From NCBI GenBank assembly GCA_963801815.1, contig CAWDGJ010000002.1:704001-768000 (forward strand): a DNA stretch of 64,000 bases, given 5' to 3'. The notes under the pieces were generated by a model. The model did not search any database and was not told the DNA's origin. It was given only the letters and a program-made list of their open reading frames with translations. This document shows positions 52,034 through 64,000 of this stretch, one piece after another. This DNA is from an uncultured Verrucomicrobiae bacterium (lineage in GTDB: Bacteria > Verrucomicrobiota > Verrucomicrobiia > Chthoniobacterales > UBA10450). The position numbers were made by a program, and so were the translations under genes. How positions within the stretch are numbered: the stretch's first letter is position 1; every line of letters starts with the position of its first letter.

Positions 52034-52648
52034 TCAACCAAAGCGAACGCGCTCCCCATCGAGCTGCGCGCCGCGCTTCAGAAAGAATTCGCGGATTTCG
52101 GGCAGAAAATATCGCCCATCCTTGCCGGAATTAATTTCCAATAGGATCTGGCCGCCTGGCTTTAGATGCCGGTTCAGGTCGTTCAGAAAAAATTCCCATT
52201 CGTCCGGCCTCCAACCGCGGGTTTCATCAGCATTGCGATTGAACGCGGCCGAGAACGCGGTGATGAGATCGAATGTCCGCCCGAAATCTGGCAACGGCTC
52301 GAAGGCGCGTATCCGCCAGGTGAGCCGATCGACTCCGAAGAGCTCAATCAATTCGTTGGAGAGCGAATAATCGCCAACGTCCAGGCCGAGGCAGCCATGG
52401 CCAAACTGTTTCGCCAGAAAAAGAAAAAAACCGGCGCCACAGCCAAGATCAAGAATTTGCCTTGGTTCAGAGCGATCGAGTTCCAGTTGCTGGATGCGCG
52501 GACGATTGATCTCCAGCCAACGGGAGACATCCGCATACTTCGCGTAACGAGAGTCGGAACCACTGTGGCGCCGTTGAATTGCGCTCAACCGCTCGACGTC
52601 GATTTTCGCGACGATCTGATTCATGTCAAAGCGCCCGCCGAATTTCAC
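52034..52648 (-). CDS. Class I SAM-dependent methyltransferase (paralog of 33104..33787)
   Basis: ILDLGCGAGFFLF and FDLITAFS. Confidence 0.8.
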   Translation of the reverse strand: MKFGGRFDMNQIVAKIDVERLSAIQRRHSGSDSRYAKYADVSRWLEINRPRIQQLELDRSEPRQILDLGCGAGFFLFLAKQFGHGCLGLDVGDYSLSNELIELFGVDRLTWRIRAFEPLPDFGRTFDLITAFSAAFNRNADETRGWRPDEWEFFLNDLNRHLKPGGQILLEINSGKDGRYFLPEIREFFLKRGAQLDGERVRFG

Positions 52649-52734
52649 GAACCGGATCTTAAATGGCCCGGCCCTGAATGTCGCTTCGGCAATTTACTCC
52701 TTCATCACAGCCTGAAGTTGGTCCCTGGCGCGAG

Positions 52735-52776
52735 AAAAAATTAGACGGCGGCGACCATTTCTGGACCACCGCCGTC
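52735..52776 (-). terminator. Probable intrinsic terminator
   Basis: Stem gacggcgg/ccgccgtc with an adjacent A-run, downstream of the Spy-like gene. Confidence 0.5.
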
Positions 52777-52799
52777 CTCTCCCCCATGACCCTGAGGCT

Positions 52800-53189
52800 T
52801 TATTGAGTCATCGCGCTGTGCAGTTCCTGCATTGCATTGTGCAGGTCCTGTTTCGCTTTTTGGATCGCGTCGAACCTTGACTGCTGGTCCGCCGTCAACA
52901 TCGGGCGAATCTGGGACATTGTCTTGTCCATGATCGCCTGAGTCTTTTGCATGGCATCCTTGTGGATGGCGATGATCTGCGGCTTCGCCTGATCCAGTAA
53001 CGGTTGAATCTTCGTCTGTTGGTCAGCCGTCAGATTCAATGACTTGGTCAGCTGTTGCACGCCAAATTGCTGCCCGCGGAAGCCGTGATGACCGGCGGGA
53101 GCGCCGGTTTCGTCTTGCGCGTTAACCAATGCGAAGCCACCCAGCGCAATCGCGCTCGCAGCCGCGAGTGTAAGTAAGTTTCTTTTCAT
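52800..53189 (-). CDS. Spy/CpxP-like periplasmic protein (LTxxQ)
   Basis: Signal peptide; LNLTADQ and MLTADQ. Confidence 0.78.
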   Translation of the reverse strand: MKRNLLTLAAASAIALGGFALVNAQDETGAPAGHHGFRGQQFGVQQLTKSLNLTADQQTKIQPLLDQAKPQIIAIHKDAMQKTQAIMDKTMSQIRPMLTADQQSRFDAIQKAKQDLHNAMQELHSAMTQ

Positions 53190-53477
53190 ATTTGTTTCCC
53201 ATTTTCCAGTTCGGCCCATTTTCACGGGCTGTTTGATATTGGTGACGGAGCGATGCGGTTTTTGGTTACAGATTTTTATTTGCTGTCGTTCCAACGCATG
53301 AAAACCCGAACCCAAATTGCCAAACTCAGAACCGCCACGGTTGAAACGCCGCGGCCAAAACCTTTGCTGCTTGCGATTTTGGAGTCGGAGTATTTGGAAC
53401 TTGGGATTTGGTGCGTTTATTCGTAACCAAAATGCCTCCACCCGCGTCTTTACGTGTAGCGTGGATACAATTTGGAC

Positions 53478-54059
53478 ATGGATGATCCTGAACCTGATGC
53501 GCTGGTTCAAGCCGCTCTTCGGCATGACGACGAAGCGGCTCGTGAACTGGTGCGCCGACTCTATCCGCTTGTCGCAAAAATGGTGCGGTCCCACCGGCCG
53601 AGACGAACTCCTGAGGAGGATCTTTGCCAAATGATTTTCATCAAGGTTTTTCAGAAGCTCTCTCAGTTTTCCGGCAAAGTTCCGCTGGAACATTGGGTCT
53701 CGCGCATTGCCGTGAACACCTGCCTCAGCCAGATCGAAGCCGAAAGAGTGCGACCGGAGTTGCGCCACGCCGATTTGAGTGAGGAAGAGGAAGCTGTCGT
53801 GAAGAACCTCGCAGTCGCGTCGGACGAGCTCGCGCCGGACCGTCAGCTGGCGTCCCGCCAGCTGGTCGAACATCTGCTGGAGTTTCTCAAACCGGTTGAA
53901 CGTCTGGTGGTCGATTTGCTTTACTTGCAGGGTCGTTCGGTTGAAGAAATCCACAAAATTACCGGGCTCGGCGTTGCCGCCATTAAGGTGCGGGCGTTCC
54001 GGGCGCGGCAAAAGATGAAAACCCAAATGGCAAAGATTGGAGCCGGAACAAGCCTATGA
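53478..54059 (+). CDS. ECF sigma-70 factor
   Basis: EEDLCQMIFIKVF, WVSRIAVNTC and KVRAFRARQK. Confidence 0.9.
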   Translation: MDDPEPDALVQAALRHDDEAARELVRRLYPLVAKMVRSHRPRRTPEEDLCQMIFIKVFQKLSQFSGKVPLEHWVSRIAVNTCLSQIEAERVRPELRHADLSEEEEAVVKNLAVASDELAPDRQLASRQLVEHLLEFLKPVERLVVDLLYLQGRSVEEIHKITGLGVAAIKVRAFRARQKMKTQMAKIGAGTSL

Positions 54060-54352
54060 ACGATTTCGACCTCGATAGACTGCTGCGAAGTGCGGCCCGC
54101 GTTAAAGACGATGCGCCGGTCGAAATGCCGTTCGGCTTCGACACTCGCGTCATCGCTCTTTCGCGCAGAAACGGAAACGGCTCCGCCATGGCGCGACTGT
54201 TGCGCCGGGTCGCGCTGGTCGCTGCAGCCGTAATTGTTTTTGCCAGCGCCGGCGCTTACCTGGAATTCGACCGCAGCACTGACGCGATCGTATCGTCCGG
54301 TAACGAATTCGCCATTGCTGACTCCGCTATTCAGGACGAAGTGGCGCAATGA
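54056..54352 (+). CDS. Single-TM putative anti-sigma factor
   Basis: Coupled to the ECF gene; PFGFDTRV followed by a TM segment. Confidence 0.65.
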   Translation: MNDFDLDRLLRSAARVKDDAPVEMPFGFDTRVIALSRRNGNGSAMARLLRRVALVAAAVIVFASAGAYLEFDRSTDAIVSSGNEFAIADSAIQDEVAQ

Positions 54353-54777
54353 ATAGCGCGCTCAAGTGGAAATTAATCGCCGGTTTCCTGCTGGTGTTCA
54401 TCGCCGGTTGCGCCGCTGGCGTATTCCTGACGATGACGATCGGCCACCAATTCATGTTTGGTCAGCATCCGCCGGTTGGACCCGCGTTGAAAAATCGTTT
54501 GCGCTGGCAACTACGCTTGACCGACGAACAGATGACGAAGATTTCGCCGATCATCGATAAGACAAGCGCACAGCTCGAAGAAATCCGCGGTGACACCGGT
54601 AAACGCGTTCGCGACGTGATTGCCGAGTCGCATCAAGAGATCGCGCAGTATCTCACGCCCGAGCAACAGCAACGGCTGAAACAGATGGAAGAGCGACGGC
54701 GGCATTGGATGCAACAGCATCACGGCCCGTGGCAGCACCGGAACGGCACCCCGACTCCCGAAACATCACCTCAGTGA
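54349..54777 (+). CDS. LTxxQ periplasmic protein
   Basis: N-terminal TM; LRLTDEQ and YLTPEQ. Confidence 0.7.
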   Translation: MNSALKWKLIAGFLLVFIAGCAAGVFLTMTIGHQFMFGQHPPVGPALKNRLRWQLRLTDEQMTKISPIIDKTSAQLEEIRGDTGKRVRDVIAESHQEIAQYLTPEQQQRLKQMEERRRHWMQQHHGPWQHRNGTPTPETSPQ

Positions 54778-54784
54778 GAGGTGA

Positions 54785-55429
54785 TTATTTCGCGGCCTTG
54801 GCCAGCAAGTCGCGCACTTCCTCGTCGCTCGTCTGCGAGAAATCTTCGTAGTACTGGCCGACCGCCTGGAAAGATTCCGGAGCGCTGGCGCAAACGACTT
54901 CATCCGCGACGTCTTCGAACTCGCGGCAGGTTTCCGGGGGACCAACCGGCACTGCGACGACAATTTTTGCCGCGCCGCGTCGCCGCAAAGCCTTCACCGC
55001 AGCCCGCATCGTAGCGCCAGTCGCGAGACCATCGTCGATCAGAATGACCGTGCGGCCGGTAATTTCCGGCGCCGGCCGGCCGTCGCGATATTCATGTTCC
55101 CGACGTTCGAGTTCGGCAGTTTCCCGTTGCGTAACCGCTTCGATAATTTCTTCCGCGTTCGGCAAAGCGGCCACGACATCTTCATTCAAAACCCGCACTC
55201 CACCGGACGCAATCGCTCCGACCGCGAGCTCTTCAAATCCTGGCACACCGAGTTTGCGCACGATAAAAACATCCAGCGGAACCCGCAGCTCCAGTGAAAC
55301 TTCGTATGCAACGGGAACTCCGCCGCGCGGAAGTCCCAGCACGATCACATCATCGCGCCCCGAATATTTGCTGAGCTTGGTCGCCAGAAATCGTCCGGCT
55401 TCGGAGCGATTTGGAAAAGCGCCTTCCAT
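54785..55429 (-). CDS. Phosphoribosyltransferase family protein
   Basis: [10 protein letters not shown] and [11 protein letters not shown]. Confidence 0.9.
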   Translation of the reverse strand: MEGAFPNRSEAGRFLATKLSKYSGRDDVIVLGLPRGGVPVAYEVSLELRVPLDVFIVRKLGVPGFEELAVGAIASGGVRVLNEDVVAALPNAEEIIEAVTQRETAELERREHEYRDGRPAPEITGRTVILIDDGLATGATMRAAVKALRRRGAAKIVVAVPVGPPETCREFEDVADEVVCASAPESFQAVGQYYEDFSQTSDEEVRDLLAKAAK

Positions 55430-55436
55430 GCGACGA

Positions 55437-55937
55437 TCACCTTTTACCGCGAATAACGTCGCTCAGCGGAACCATTTCGGCGATCGGCTGGCTTGATTCG
55501 ATATAATCGCGAAAGCCGGGCGCGAAGGCGGCGCGCCGCAATTGCCACCAGCTCTGCACTCCCGGAAGGTGAAAGTACATTCGCGCGTAAGCGTCCCACC
55601 CTTCCCATTGCTGCGCGTCGAGCGTCCCCTGGCGTTTTTGAAACCACGCGTTTTCGGAAAGCTTGAAGACCGCGAGCAAAACAGCGACGGTCCGTGCCCG
55701 GTCCTCGTCGCTGGCGCCGTCCCAATCCTTGATCACGCGAGTGAATGCGCGGGTAAATTCGACGTCGTGCGCTTGCGGCCCAAGCAGCTCCATCAGCGAC
55801 CTGGTCAGCGAATCGACCACGACCGATTTCTGCGAGCGGGTGTTTTGACGAATTTGCACCGCTAGATAAAACAACGACGCGACAACGCCAATCGCCGCGA
55901 TCAATTGCGCGATCGCGTTGATCGTTTCCAGCTTCAC
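55437..55937 (-). CDS. Hypothetical membrane-anchored protein
   Basis: [24 protein letters not shown] pattern. Confidence 0.7.
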   Translation of the reverse strand: MKLETINAIAQLIAAIGVVASLFYLAVQIRQNTRSQKSVVVDSLTRSLMELLGPQAHDVEFTRAFTRVIKDWDGASDEDRARTVAVLLAVFKLSENAWFQKRQGTLDAQQWEGWDAYARMYFHLPGVQSWWQLRRAAFAPGFRDYIESSQPIAEMVPLSDVIRGKR

Positions 55938-55986
55938 GCCCGACCTTTTACCAAACGGCTCGGCATCTGACGACGCCGTTCTTCCG

Positions 55987-56047
55987 TGGAGGGGCACGCG
56001 CTGTCGTGCCCCTAAAATAATGGGACGCGACGGCGCGCGTCCCTCCA
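55987..56047. repeat. 61-bp REP doublet (TGGAGGG family)
   Basis: Ends tggaggg/ccctcca with internal hairpins. Confidence 0.75.
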
Positions 56048-56051
56048 GTTG

Positions 56052-57542
56052 TTATCTTGGCAACGGTTGTTCTGAATTCGCCATGGCGTAGGCCCAGACC
56101 GCCACGATCGCGGACGTTTCCGCCAGATTTTTCGGGTCGATCTTGTCGAGCGTGTCCGCCGCCGTGTGGTGATAATTAAAATAGAACCGGCCATCCTGAA
56201 TCGGCGCGAACGACGGCACGCCCGCCTTTTCCATCGGTTCGATGTCGGCGCCGGCGTGCTCGCTCAATTCAAGGGCGCCAGCGCCCGACTCTTGCAGTAT
56301 CGCCGCGACCGGTTTCAACAGCGTCTTCACTTCCGGCTTTGCTTTGACGTGAAGCCCAACCGGATGATCGGCCCCATTGTCCGTTTCCATTGCGGCGAAA
56401 TGATTCGCCCAATCTTTCTCGTGATCCTTCGCGTACTGCTTCGAGCCGCGCGTCCCGTTCTCTTCGTTCATCCACGCGATCACGCGGATGGTGCGTTTCG
56501 GTTTCAAATTCAACTTGTGGACGAGATTCGCAGCTTCCATTGAAACCGCCACGCCCGCGCCGTCGTCGATCGCACCGGTTCCCAGGTCCCACGAATCGAG
56601 ATGGCCGGAAACAATCACGACTTGTTCCGGATGTTCGCTGCCCTTGATGTCGCCGATCACATTTGCGCTTTCGACGTCGGGCAATGTTTGCGGCGTTAGC
56701 ACAAGTTTCATTTTCACGGGACCTTGCTTCACCAGATCGGCAATCAGGTCCGCGTCTTCGCTCGTGACCGCGCCCGCGGGAATTTTCGGGGCGTCATTCG
56801 CATACTTTGTCGATCCGGTGTGCGGAATGCGATAATCGGCGCCGCCAACCGAACGAATCAAGCACGCGACTGCGCCTTGTCGCGCAGCCGCGCTCGGCCC
56901 GTCGCTTCGATAATCGACCGCTTCGCCGTAGGCCTCGCCGCTGCGTCCTACCGCGGCCATCTGTTTGTCGAACGGATAAGTGAAGAGCACGATCTTACCG
57001 GCGACCTTGTCGCGCGGCATCGCTTTCAGTTCGTCGAAATTTTTTACAGCGACGACATCCGCGGTGATTCCTTCTTTCGGAGTGGCAACGCTTCCGCCGA
57101 GCGCGCAAAGCACAATCTTTTGCGTTGTTCCGTCTGCCATTCCTGGAAATTGAACTAGCGCGGCGGTTTCTTCGCCACGCACCCAATGCGGCACCATCGC
57201 CTTCTCCAGCTGCACTTCGCAGCCGATCGCTTTCAATTCGCCCGCCACATACTCAACCGCTTTCGCCGCTTGGGCCGAACCGCTCAATCGCGGTCCGATG
57301 TTGTCGGAAAGATGCGCGACTTCGCGATACGCGTAATCGCTGCTCAGGGCGGCTTGTTGCAGTCGCTTCAGATCAGCGAGCGTTTGGGTGGAAAAAACAA
57401 CCGGCGTGGCGGTCGGCGATGGGGTTGCCGACGCCTCATCGTCCTCACTGGGAGAAGTTTTTGCCATCGGCTCGGCAGACTTGAGAACGACAGCTGCTGT
57501 CAGCAAAAATCCGACACCAAGAATGTATCGCCACTTCGTCAT
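56052..57542 (-). CDS. M28 family peptidase (carboxypeptidase Q-like)
   Basis: GHLDSWD..GAIDDGAG, NEENG and YHHTAADT; PA domain. Confidence 0.9.
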   Translation of the reverse strand: MTKWRYILGVGFLLTAAVVLKSAEPMAKTSPSEDDEASATPSPTATPVVFSTQTLADLKRLQQAALSSDYAYREVAHLSDNIGPRLSGSAQAAKAVEYVAGELKAIGCEVQLEKAMVPHWVRGEETAALVQFPGMADGTTQKIVLCALGGSVATPKEGITADVVAVKNFDELKAMPRDKVAGKIVLFTYPFDKQMAAVGRSGEAYGEAVDYRSDGPSAAARQGAVACLIRSVGGADYRIPHTGSTKYANDAPKIPAGAVTSEDADLIADLVKQGPVKMKLVLTPQTLPDVESANVIGDIKGSEHPEQVVIVSGHLDSWDLGTGAIDDGAGVAVSMEAANLVHKLNLKPKRTIRVIAWMNEENGTRGSKQYAKDHEKDWANHFAAMETDNGADHPVGLHVKAKPEVKTLLKPVAAILQESGAGALELSEHAGADIEPMEKAGVPSFAPIQDGRFYFNYHHTAADTLDKIDPKNLAETSAIVAVWAYAMANSEQPLPR

Positions 57543-57834
57543 CCAACGAAAATGTAGAGTTCCGCGTGAATGACAAGCACTCACATCCAATGGCGATTTC
57601 CTAACGTTCCGCAAATGCCAGTCCGGCTCGGACCGATTAACCACTTAGGGTCTGGTTCGTTCCTCAAATTCGAAATCCGCAAACCGCCAGTCCGGCTCGG
57701 ACCGAAGCTCCAAACAAATAGGAATCCGAAATCTCAAATCAAAGTGGTCAAAAGCTGCAATTCAAACATTCGATTTTTGAAATTGTTTCGGATTTCGGAA
57801 TTCGAGCTTCGGATTTCCGTCTCGTCACTTGTCA

Positions 57835-58266
57835 CTATTTCACCCTTCCTTCATCGAAATCGATCAGGTCCGGAATGCACTCGATGTCACTGCGATCTGC
57901 GATTCCCATCTCCTTTTTTCGCTGCTTCCAATCGCGGCGTGACACGGTCGCGCCAGCCGAGTTTCGAAATGAATCCGTTCCAGACAAACAAGTCGCCTTC
58001 GTTCAGTCGCCGGCCTTTTTCAAAACACCATTCCAGAATCTCTTCATCGGTGCCGCCTTGTTTCACCCGCTCGATCAAATCGCGATGATGGATCCGCAGA
58101 AAATTGCACAGCGCGCTGTCCGCCGTCTGCAGGCGCGCCGAAATTCTCCTGATAATCTGAGTGCAGCTCACCGCTCAGATGCAGCCGGATCTTGTCCAGC
58201 ATCCGCGGGAAATACATCACGCCCTTGGTCATTTCCTTCGGGCTCTTTGGAAACTTACGTTCGCAT
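57835..58266 (-). CDS. DUF5069-like protein; several frameshifts
   Basis: PKSP..YFPRMLDKIRLH, DEEILEW and LIDFDEGR, spread over different frames. Confidence 0.7.
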
Positions 58267-58465
58267 GTCAAAAAGGTAGCGACGATTGACCTCAATCGCC
58301 ATGGCTGGGCTCACAAATTCGAAATCCGACACCGAGTCTGGTCACGAAGTTCGAATAGCACGATCAGGTCAGAATCAAAACGGAAACGCCTGAGCTACAA
58401 ACATCACATTTTGAATTTGTTTCGGATTTCGGATCGAGCTTCGAATTCGAATCTCTCACTCGTCA

Positions 58466-59855
<1,390 letters not shown>

Positions 59856-60082
59856 TGCCAGAAGATCGCTGCCGTCAGCAAATACGACCGAGACCTGACC
59901 ACGGATTACACGGATCGGACGGATGATCCTCGGGCTCTGGGGCGATCTTAAACTTTCAACTAAAGCGAAGCGTTCTATCAGCCATCAACTTCTGCGGCTT
60001 CACCACAGAGGCCACGGACCTCACGGAGGAATCGGCTGGATTTCGGTGGTGGCAGGCGTCTCGCCTGCGAACTCGTCACCTG

Positions 60083-61136
60083 TCACCTGTCACTTCCGCA
60101 TCCAATTCCCATCAGCAATCCGTTCTCGAGCACCGACGGATTGATCGTCAGAAACAGAACGACGCCGTCCACGGGCGAAATGATTTTCTCGAGCACGTCG
60201 CCGAATAAATCCCCAACCGAGCCGATCTCCTGCCCTTTCTTGAGTACGTCGCCCGCCACGACCTTCGGATACCACATGCCGGCATTCTTCGTGTAAAGCC
60301 ACTCAAACTTTGTCAACACTTTCGACTCTTCTGTGGTGGCAGGCGTCTCGCCTGCATTTGTTTTTTTGGATTTGGTTTTTGCCTGGGATTTGGAACCTGG
60401 GATTTGGGATTTCGGTCCGCCTGCAAGCATTCCCAGATGTCCCATCACATTTAGCACTCCATTCACGAGCAATTCCACTTGGTCCTGTTGCAGCTGCCCC
60501 ACTCCACCGGCTTCCGCCAGAATCGCTGGAACACCTTTCTCCGCGGCCGCTGCATAACTCGATGCCCTTTGCTCGGCTGCACGGGTTTCGAAACCGTCAG
60601 CACGTAGGGCAACCCGAACGCGAGCGCGATTTCCTTTGATTTCATCGCCACATCGTCTTACCGCCGCTCCGACAGATGACGAACGGAACCAGCGCTTCCG
60701 GAATATCGCCGCCGTGAAGATCGATATAGGCGTCGGCGTGAACGACGAACTCGTGAATGAGAGCGTGCGTCATCTGCTCGGAATAACTTCCTTTGGGATC
60801 GCCGGGGAACACGCGGTTCGGATTCACGTTATCGACCGGACAAACAAACGGCGTGCGCGATCGAAACGACGGCAAACTCAAGACCGGCATCAAAATCACC
60901 GTGCCGGCGATTTTCTTTGGATCGAGCGTTTTGCTCAATCGAATCACCGCTTCGATCGCGGGATACTCGCCGCCGTGCACGCCGGCGTTCACGAACAACA
61001 CCGGTCCCGTTTTCGCGCCGGTGACTGAAATTACCGGTCGCGGCTCATCCTTCGCCAACGCCGCGCCCGGCAACTTGATCAGGTGCCGCTCAGTTTTGCC
61101 CGGCGTCAGTTCACCTAGAATCGGAATCTTTTGCAT
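60083..61136 (-). CDS. Succinylglutamate desuccinylase/aspartoacylase family protein; several frameshifts
   Basis: AGVHGGEY, NPNRVFPG, DLHGGD and LAEAGG; C-terminal lipoyl-like domain. Confidence 0.85.
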
Positions 61137-61249
61137 TCAAACCACCAATAAACACGAAGCCACGGATTACACGGATAGACCGGATATGACAGGAATTATT
61201 CGAATTCCCCCGACGCAGTTGTAGCGGTGCTTACAACAACGCGCTCTCG

Positions 61250-63034
61250 TCATTGCGCGGTTTTTCGTTTGTAGATAGCTGCGCCGTAGCCGCCAACATC
61301 GAGCGGATCATCGCCACCGTACGCATGAAGTTGGTAATCCCGAGTCAGCCACTCAAGAATTTCACGACCTTTTCCAGGGGCCTCACCATAACGATCAATT
61401 CCATGCGCGCGCAGGTCGCGACTGATAAGAACAACGCGGTCCGGTGGATTAGCCTCCAGTTCACCCGCCATCTCGGAATTGGATGGAAAAAAGTAGTAGT
61501 AACGCACACTGCTCGGAATCCGAGCGAGATAGTTGATGATAGCGCCTTCCGGTAGAACGACGAGGCTCTTGATCCTGGCGTCCTGCTTCAGAGATGTGGT
61601 TGTGCCTTCGACCAGTTCGCCAGTTCCGTCTAGCTGAGGCGGAAAGGTGTAAAAACGATCGATGCCTTCGCCGATGGAGTCGGTTTTCAGACGCAGCAAC
61701 TGTTGCGAGTCCTGTGCGATGTTGACTACGCCCGGAACAAGCAACGCGAGGACGGCGGTCACAACCAGAACACGTTCGCGGGCGGCGAGCCGTAACCACT
61801 CCGGTAACTCACTCAGAAGCACGGCAGGAACGATTGAACCTGCGATGGCAGCTTGAAAAAAGCCGTAGTGATAAATTCGACCGTTCAAAAACATTCTCGC
61901 CATCAAGGCCGTTCCGAGGACCGCCAGCAAGGTCGCGGTAATAATCTTACGCCTGTTCCCGGGCACCGATCGCAAAGACACTATGAAGCGGACCAAGGCG
62001 TAAACGACGAGCAGGCCAAGCAAACAACGACCGATCTCCCGCCAATGTACGGCGGTGGATGCGATTGCCCCCACGGCACCCGTGAAAACAACGGCCAATC
62101 CGATAGTTACTCGATTAGGTGGCAGCTTTCGACCGAGCCAGCCAACCAGAGCAATTGCGCCGATGACAAGGAAGGCCACCAAAGTAGCAATGAGATGTTG
62201 CTTGAGATTATTGCCAGCCTCCGACATGCCGGAGAAGTCGCCCTGTAAGCCAGTGGAATAATCTCCCGCATTCGCTGCAATAATTTCCCGATAAGCGCCC
62301 GCCGACATGACCAGGGCTTCTTTCACCGGAACAAAAACGGAGAAGTAACTTGTGAAGGCCAGGGTGGGAAGCGCAGTCCCGACAAGTCCAAGCAGAACAG
62401 AACGCCACGAAGGTAGCTTGTGGTATCGCCAGCACAGCACGGCGGACACAATGATCAGAGCTGCTCCGGATAGTATGAACTCCGGTTTTAAGACAAAACA
62501 AAAACCGTACAACAGGCCGGCGAGAAAAGTCCTGAATGGCGTCGGTTCTTCGATCCAGCCCGACAGCACATAAACCATAGCCAGGCTTATAAGCATGCCG
62601 TGGGTCGCTTCGTGAGAATAAGGTGTGGCGTAATTGTAGTTGGCGATACGTACAAGTTGGCTAAACCCGAAGACCGCGATGAAGGTAGCAGTCGCTGCGA
62701 GAGCGCCGGCAAAACCCCAGGCGCGCCGGCAAAGAAGAAAGAACAGCGCCAGGATAGCTGCAAAAATGATCAGGTTAGCCGTCACCAGGACCATCATGCC
62801 CGGTTGAAAGACGGTGAAGAGCATGGCGTTGAAGTATTGTGAGAGAGGGCCGTAAGCCTCTTCAACGTCGCGATAGAGAAGAGCACCCTGCGAAAGTCGC
62901 CACGGGACGTACAGCTCTCGGCCAAAGTCGACGAGCGGGTCGGGCCATTTACGCCAGGAGGCGGCGAAAAAATAGACAAAGAGCGCCAACAGGAACACGA
63001 GCCCCAGCCATTGGGCGATCTTCGGCAGACGCAT
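61250..63034 (-). CDS. Multi-TM GT-C type glycosyltransferase-like protein
   Basis: DFGRELY..G..LYRD..YGPL in the first loop; many TM segments; soluble C-terminus. Confidence 0.65.
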   Translation of the reverse strand: MRLPKIAQWLGLVFLLALFVYFFAASWRKWPDPLVDFGRELYVPWRLSQGALLYRDVEEAYGPLSQYFNAMLFTVFQPGMMVLVTANLIIFAAILALFFLLCRRAWGFAGALAATATFIAVFGFSQLVRIANYNYATPYSHEATHGMLISLAMVYVLSGWIEEPTPFRTFLAGLLYGFCFVLKPEFILSGAALIIVSAVLCWRYHKLPSWRSVLLGLVGTALPTLAFTSYFSVFVPVKEALVMSAGAYREIIAANAGDYSTGLQGDFSGMSEAGNNLKQHLIATLVAFLVIGAIALVGWLGRKLPPNRVTIGLAVVFTGAVGAIASTAVHWREIGRCLLGLLVVYALVRFIVSLRSVPGNRRKIITATLLAVLGTALMARMFLNGRIYHYGFFQAAIAGSIVPAVLLSELPEWLRLAARERVLVVTAVLALLVPGVVNIAQDSQQLLRLKTDSIGEGIDRFYTFPPQLDGTGELVEGTTTSLKQDARIKSLVVLPEGAIINYLARIPSSVRYYYFFPSNSEMAGELEANPPDRVVLISRDLRAHGIDRYGEAPGKGREILEWLTRDYQLHAYGGDDPLDVGGYGAAIYKRKTAQ

Positions 63035-63264
63035 GGAGAGAATATTTAATCAGGAATCCACGAATCGAGGAAGTCAGGACACTCTCACGATTTCAGTTTT
63101 CAGAATTTCAGTTTTCAGTTTTTCAAGCTGATCACTGTCACTGGCTTGCCACGCCGTAGTCAGACGAATGGAGCGACTGGGGTGAGCGACATGGCCGGTA
63201 ACGCCGCGAGGTAGCGGTCGAGCGCAGCGGGAGCTGCCGAGATACAAGGCGGGTCACTTCTTCT

Positions 63265-64000
63265 TTAGAGCTTTTCGAAAAATGACGGATCTATCGTCGG
63301 ATTGACCGTGATGCTCTGGATCTTCGTGGTCTCGAGCACTTTGCCAGTCTTCAGGTCTGTCTCTGAGTTGGCGAACGCGAATTGGACACCTGAGATAGTT
63401 CGAAAATCCGTGCTTCGCTGCTCGATCGTCGTCGGCGTTGGATCGATGTCCACGTGCAGAGGACGAACGTCGCGGCGCCGCGTGATTAACCAGGTGTTCG
63501 GATCGACATAGAGCGTCGTGCGATAACCATCCTTCAATGTCAGTGCGAGCGCATAGTAGTTGATCCCATCGATTTTCTCCCGGCCCGCAAGCTCGATCTG
63601 ATGGCCGCGCTGTTTGAGCTCATGCAAACCAAATAATTTTCCCGGCAGTTCGACCCCGTGCTGAAGAGCCGCTGTCCCTTGGGCCGATGCAGGCTTGGAT
63701 TCCTTACCGTTCCATTCCCAGCCGTGCTGTCCGTCGAATGCTTCAGTGAATACATGTTTGCCCGCCACAGAAGCATCGATCCGCATCTTCCCCGGACGCG
63801 CCGCATAATACACTCCATCGACCTCAAAACCCGGATCGGTGATGTGCAGATCGACTTCGATTGATTGAATCGCCTCGATCGCAGCCCGGCCGCCCATCGC
63901 CTTGGTGTTGCGATCGATCACTTCGTCAAGCGTCGTAGGAGTACCATCACAACCGAACGACAAAAGACCAAGAAGCCCCAAGAGCGGGATCATCCCACGC
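63265..64000 (-). CDS. Lipoprotein, LolA-like/outer-membrane sorting-like hypothetical; start at or beyond the window edge
   Basis: Lipobox SFGC; KAMGG.AA, TLYVDP, DFRTISGV and NPTIDPSFF. Confidence 0.65.
   Translation of the reverse strand, partial: RGMIPLLGLLGLLSFGCDGTPTTLDEVIDRNTKAMGGRAAIEAIQSIEVDLHITDPGFEVDGVYYAARPGKMRIDASVAGKHVFTEAFDGQHGWEWNGKESKPASAQGTAALQHGVELPGKLFGLHELKQRGHQIELAGREKIDGINYYALALTLKDGYRTTLYVDPNTWLITRRRDVRPLHVDIDPTPTTIEQRSTDFRTISGVQFAFANSETDLKTGKVLETTKIQSITVNPTIDPSFFEKL

Noticed and set aside
52800..54026. 408-aa minus-strand ORF
   Set aside because: Its N-terminal two thirds are antisense to the ECF gene or intergenic DNA. Only 52800-53189, which has a signal peptide, is credible.

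Overview
Mostly core chromosome of a GC-rich bacterium. Gene content and repeat families point to Verrucomicrobiota, Chthoniobacterales (Ca. Udaeobacter-like); this is an inference. Housekeeping genes: class II ribonucleotide reductase (5' part), fumC, gmhA, hsp20-lon, pdxH, ada/ogt-type, hisC-mnmE-pyrD, mrp, pyrRBC, sufCBD, lysA, gdhA, and tRNA-Ser(CGA), tRNA-Val(GAC), tRNA-Gln(TTG). Three accessory layers stand out. (1) A ~3.6 kb integrase-less island at tRNA-Gln, bounded by a 38-bp direct repeat, carries an integron-type cassette array with one full attC and two attC sites collapsed to 22 and 14 bp. (2) An exosortase / Cys-less thioredoxin-like / TPR / PEP-CTERM-variant locus adjoins a pilin-like operon with a sigma-54-type promoter. 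(3) Many short palindromic and heptameric repeats are present, several lying in-frame inside lysA, pyrC, pyrR and an aspartoacylase-family gene. At least eight conserved genes carry single-base frameshifts, most simply explained as read or assembly indels. No CRISPR array, rRNA, integrase or transposase was found.
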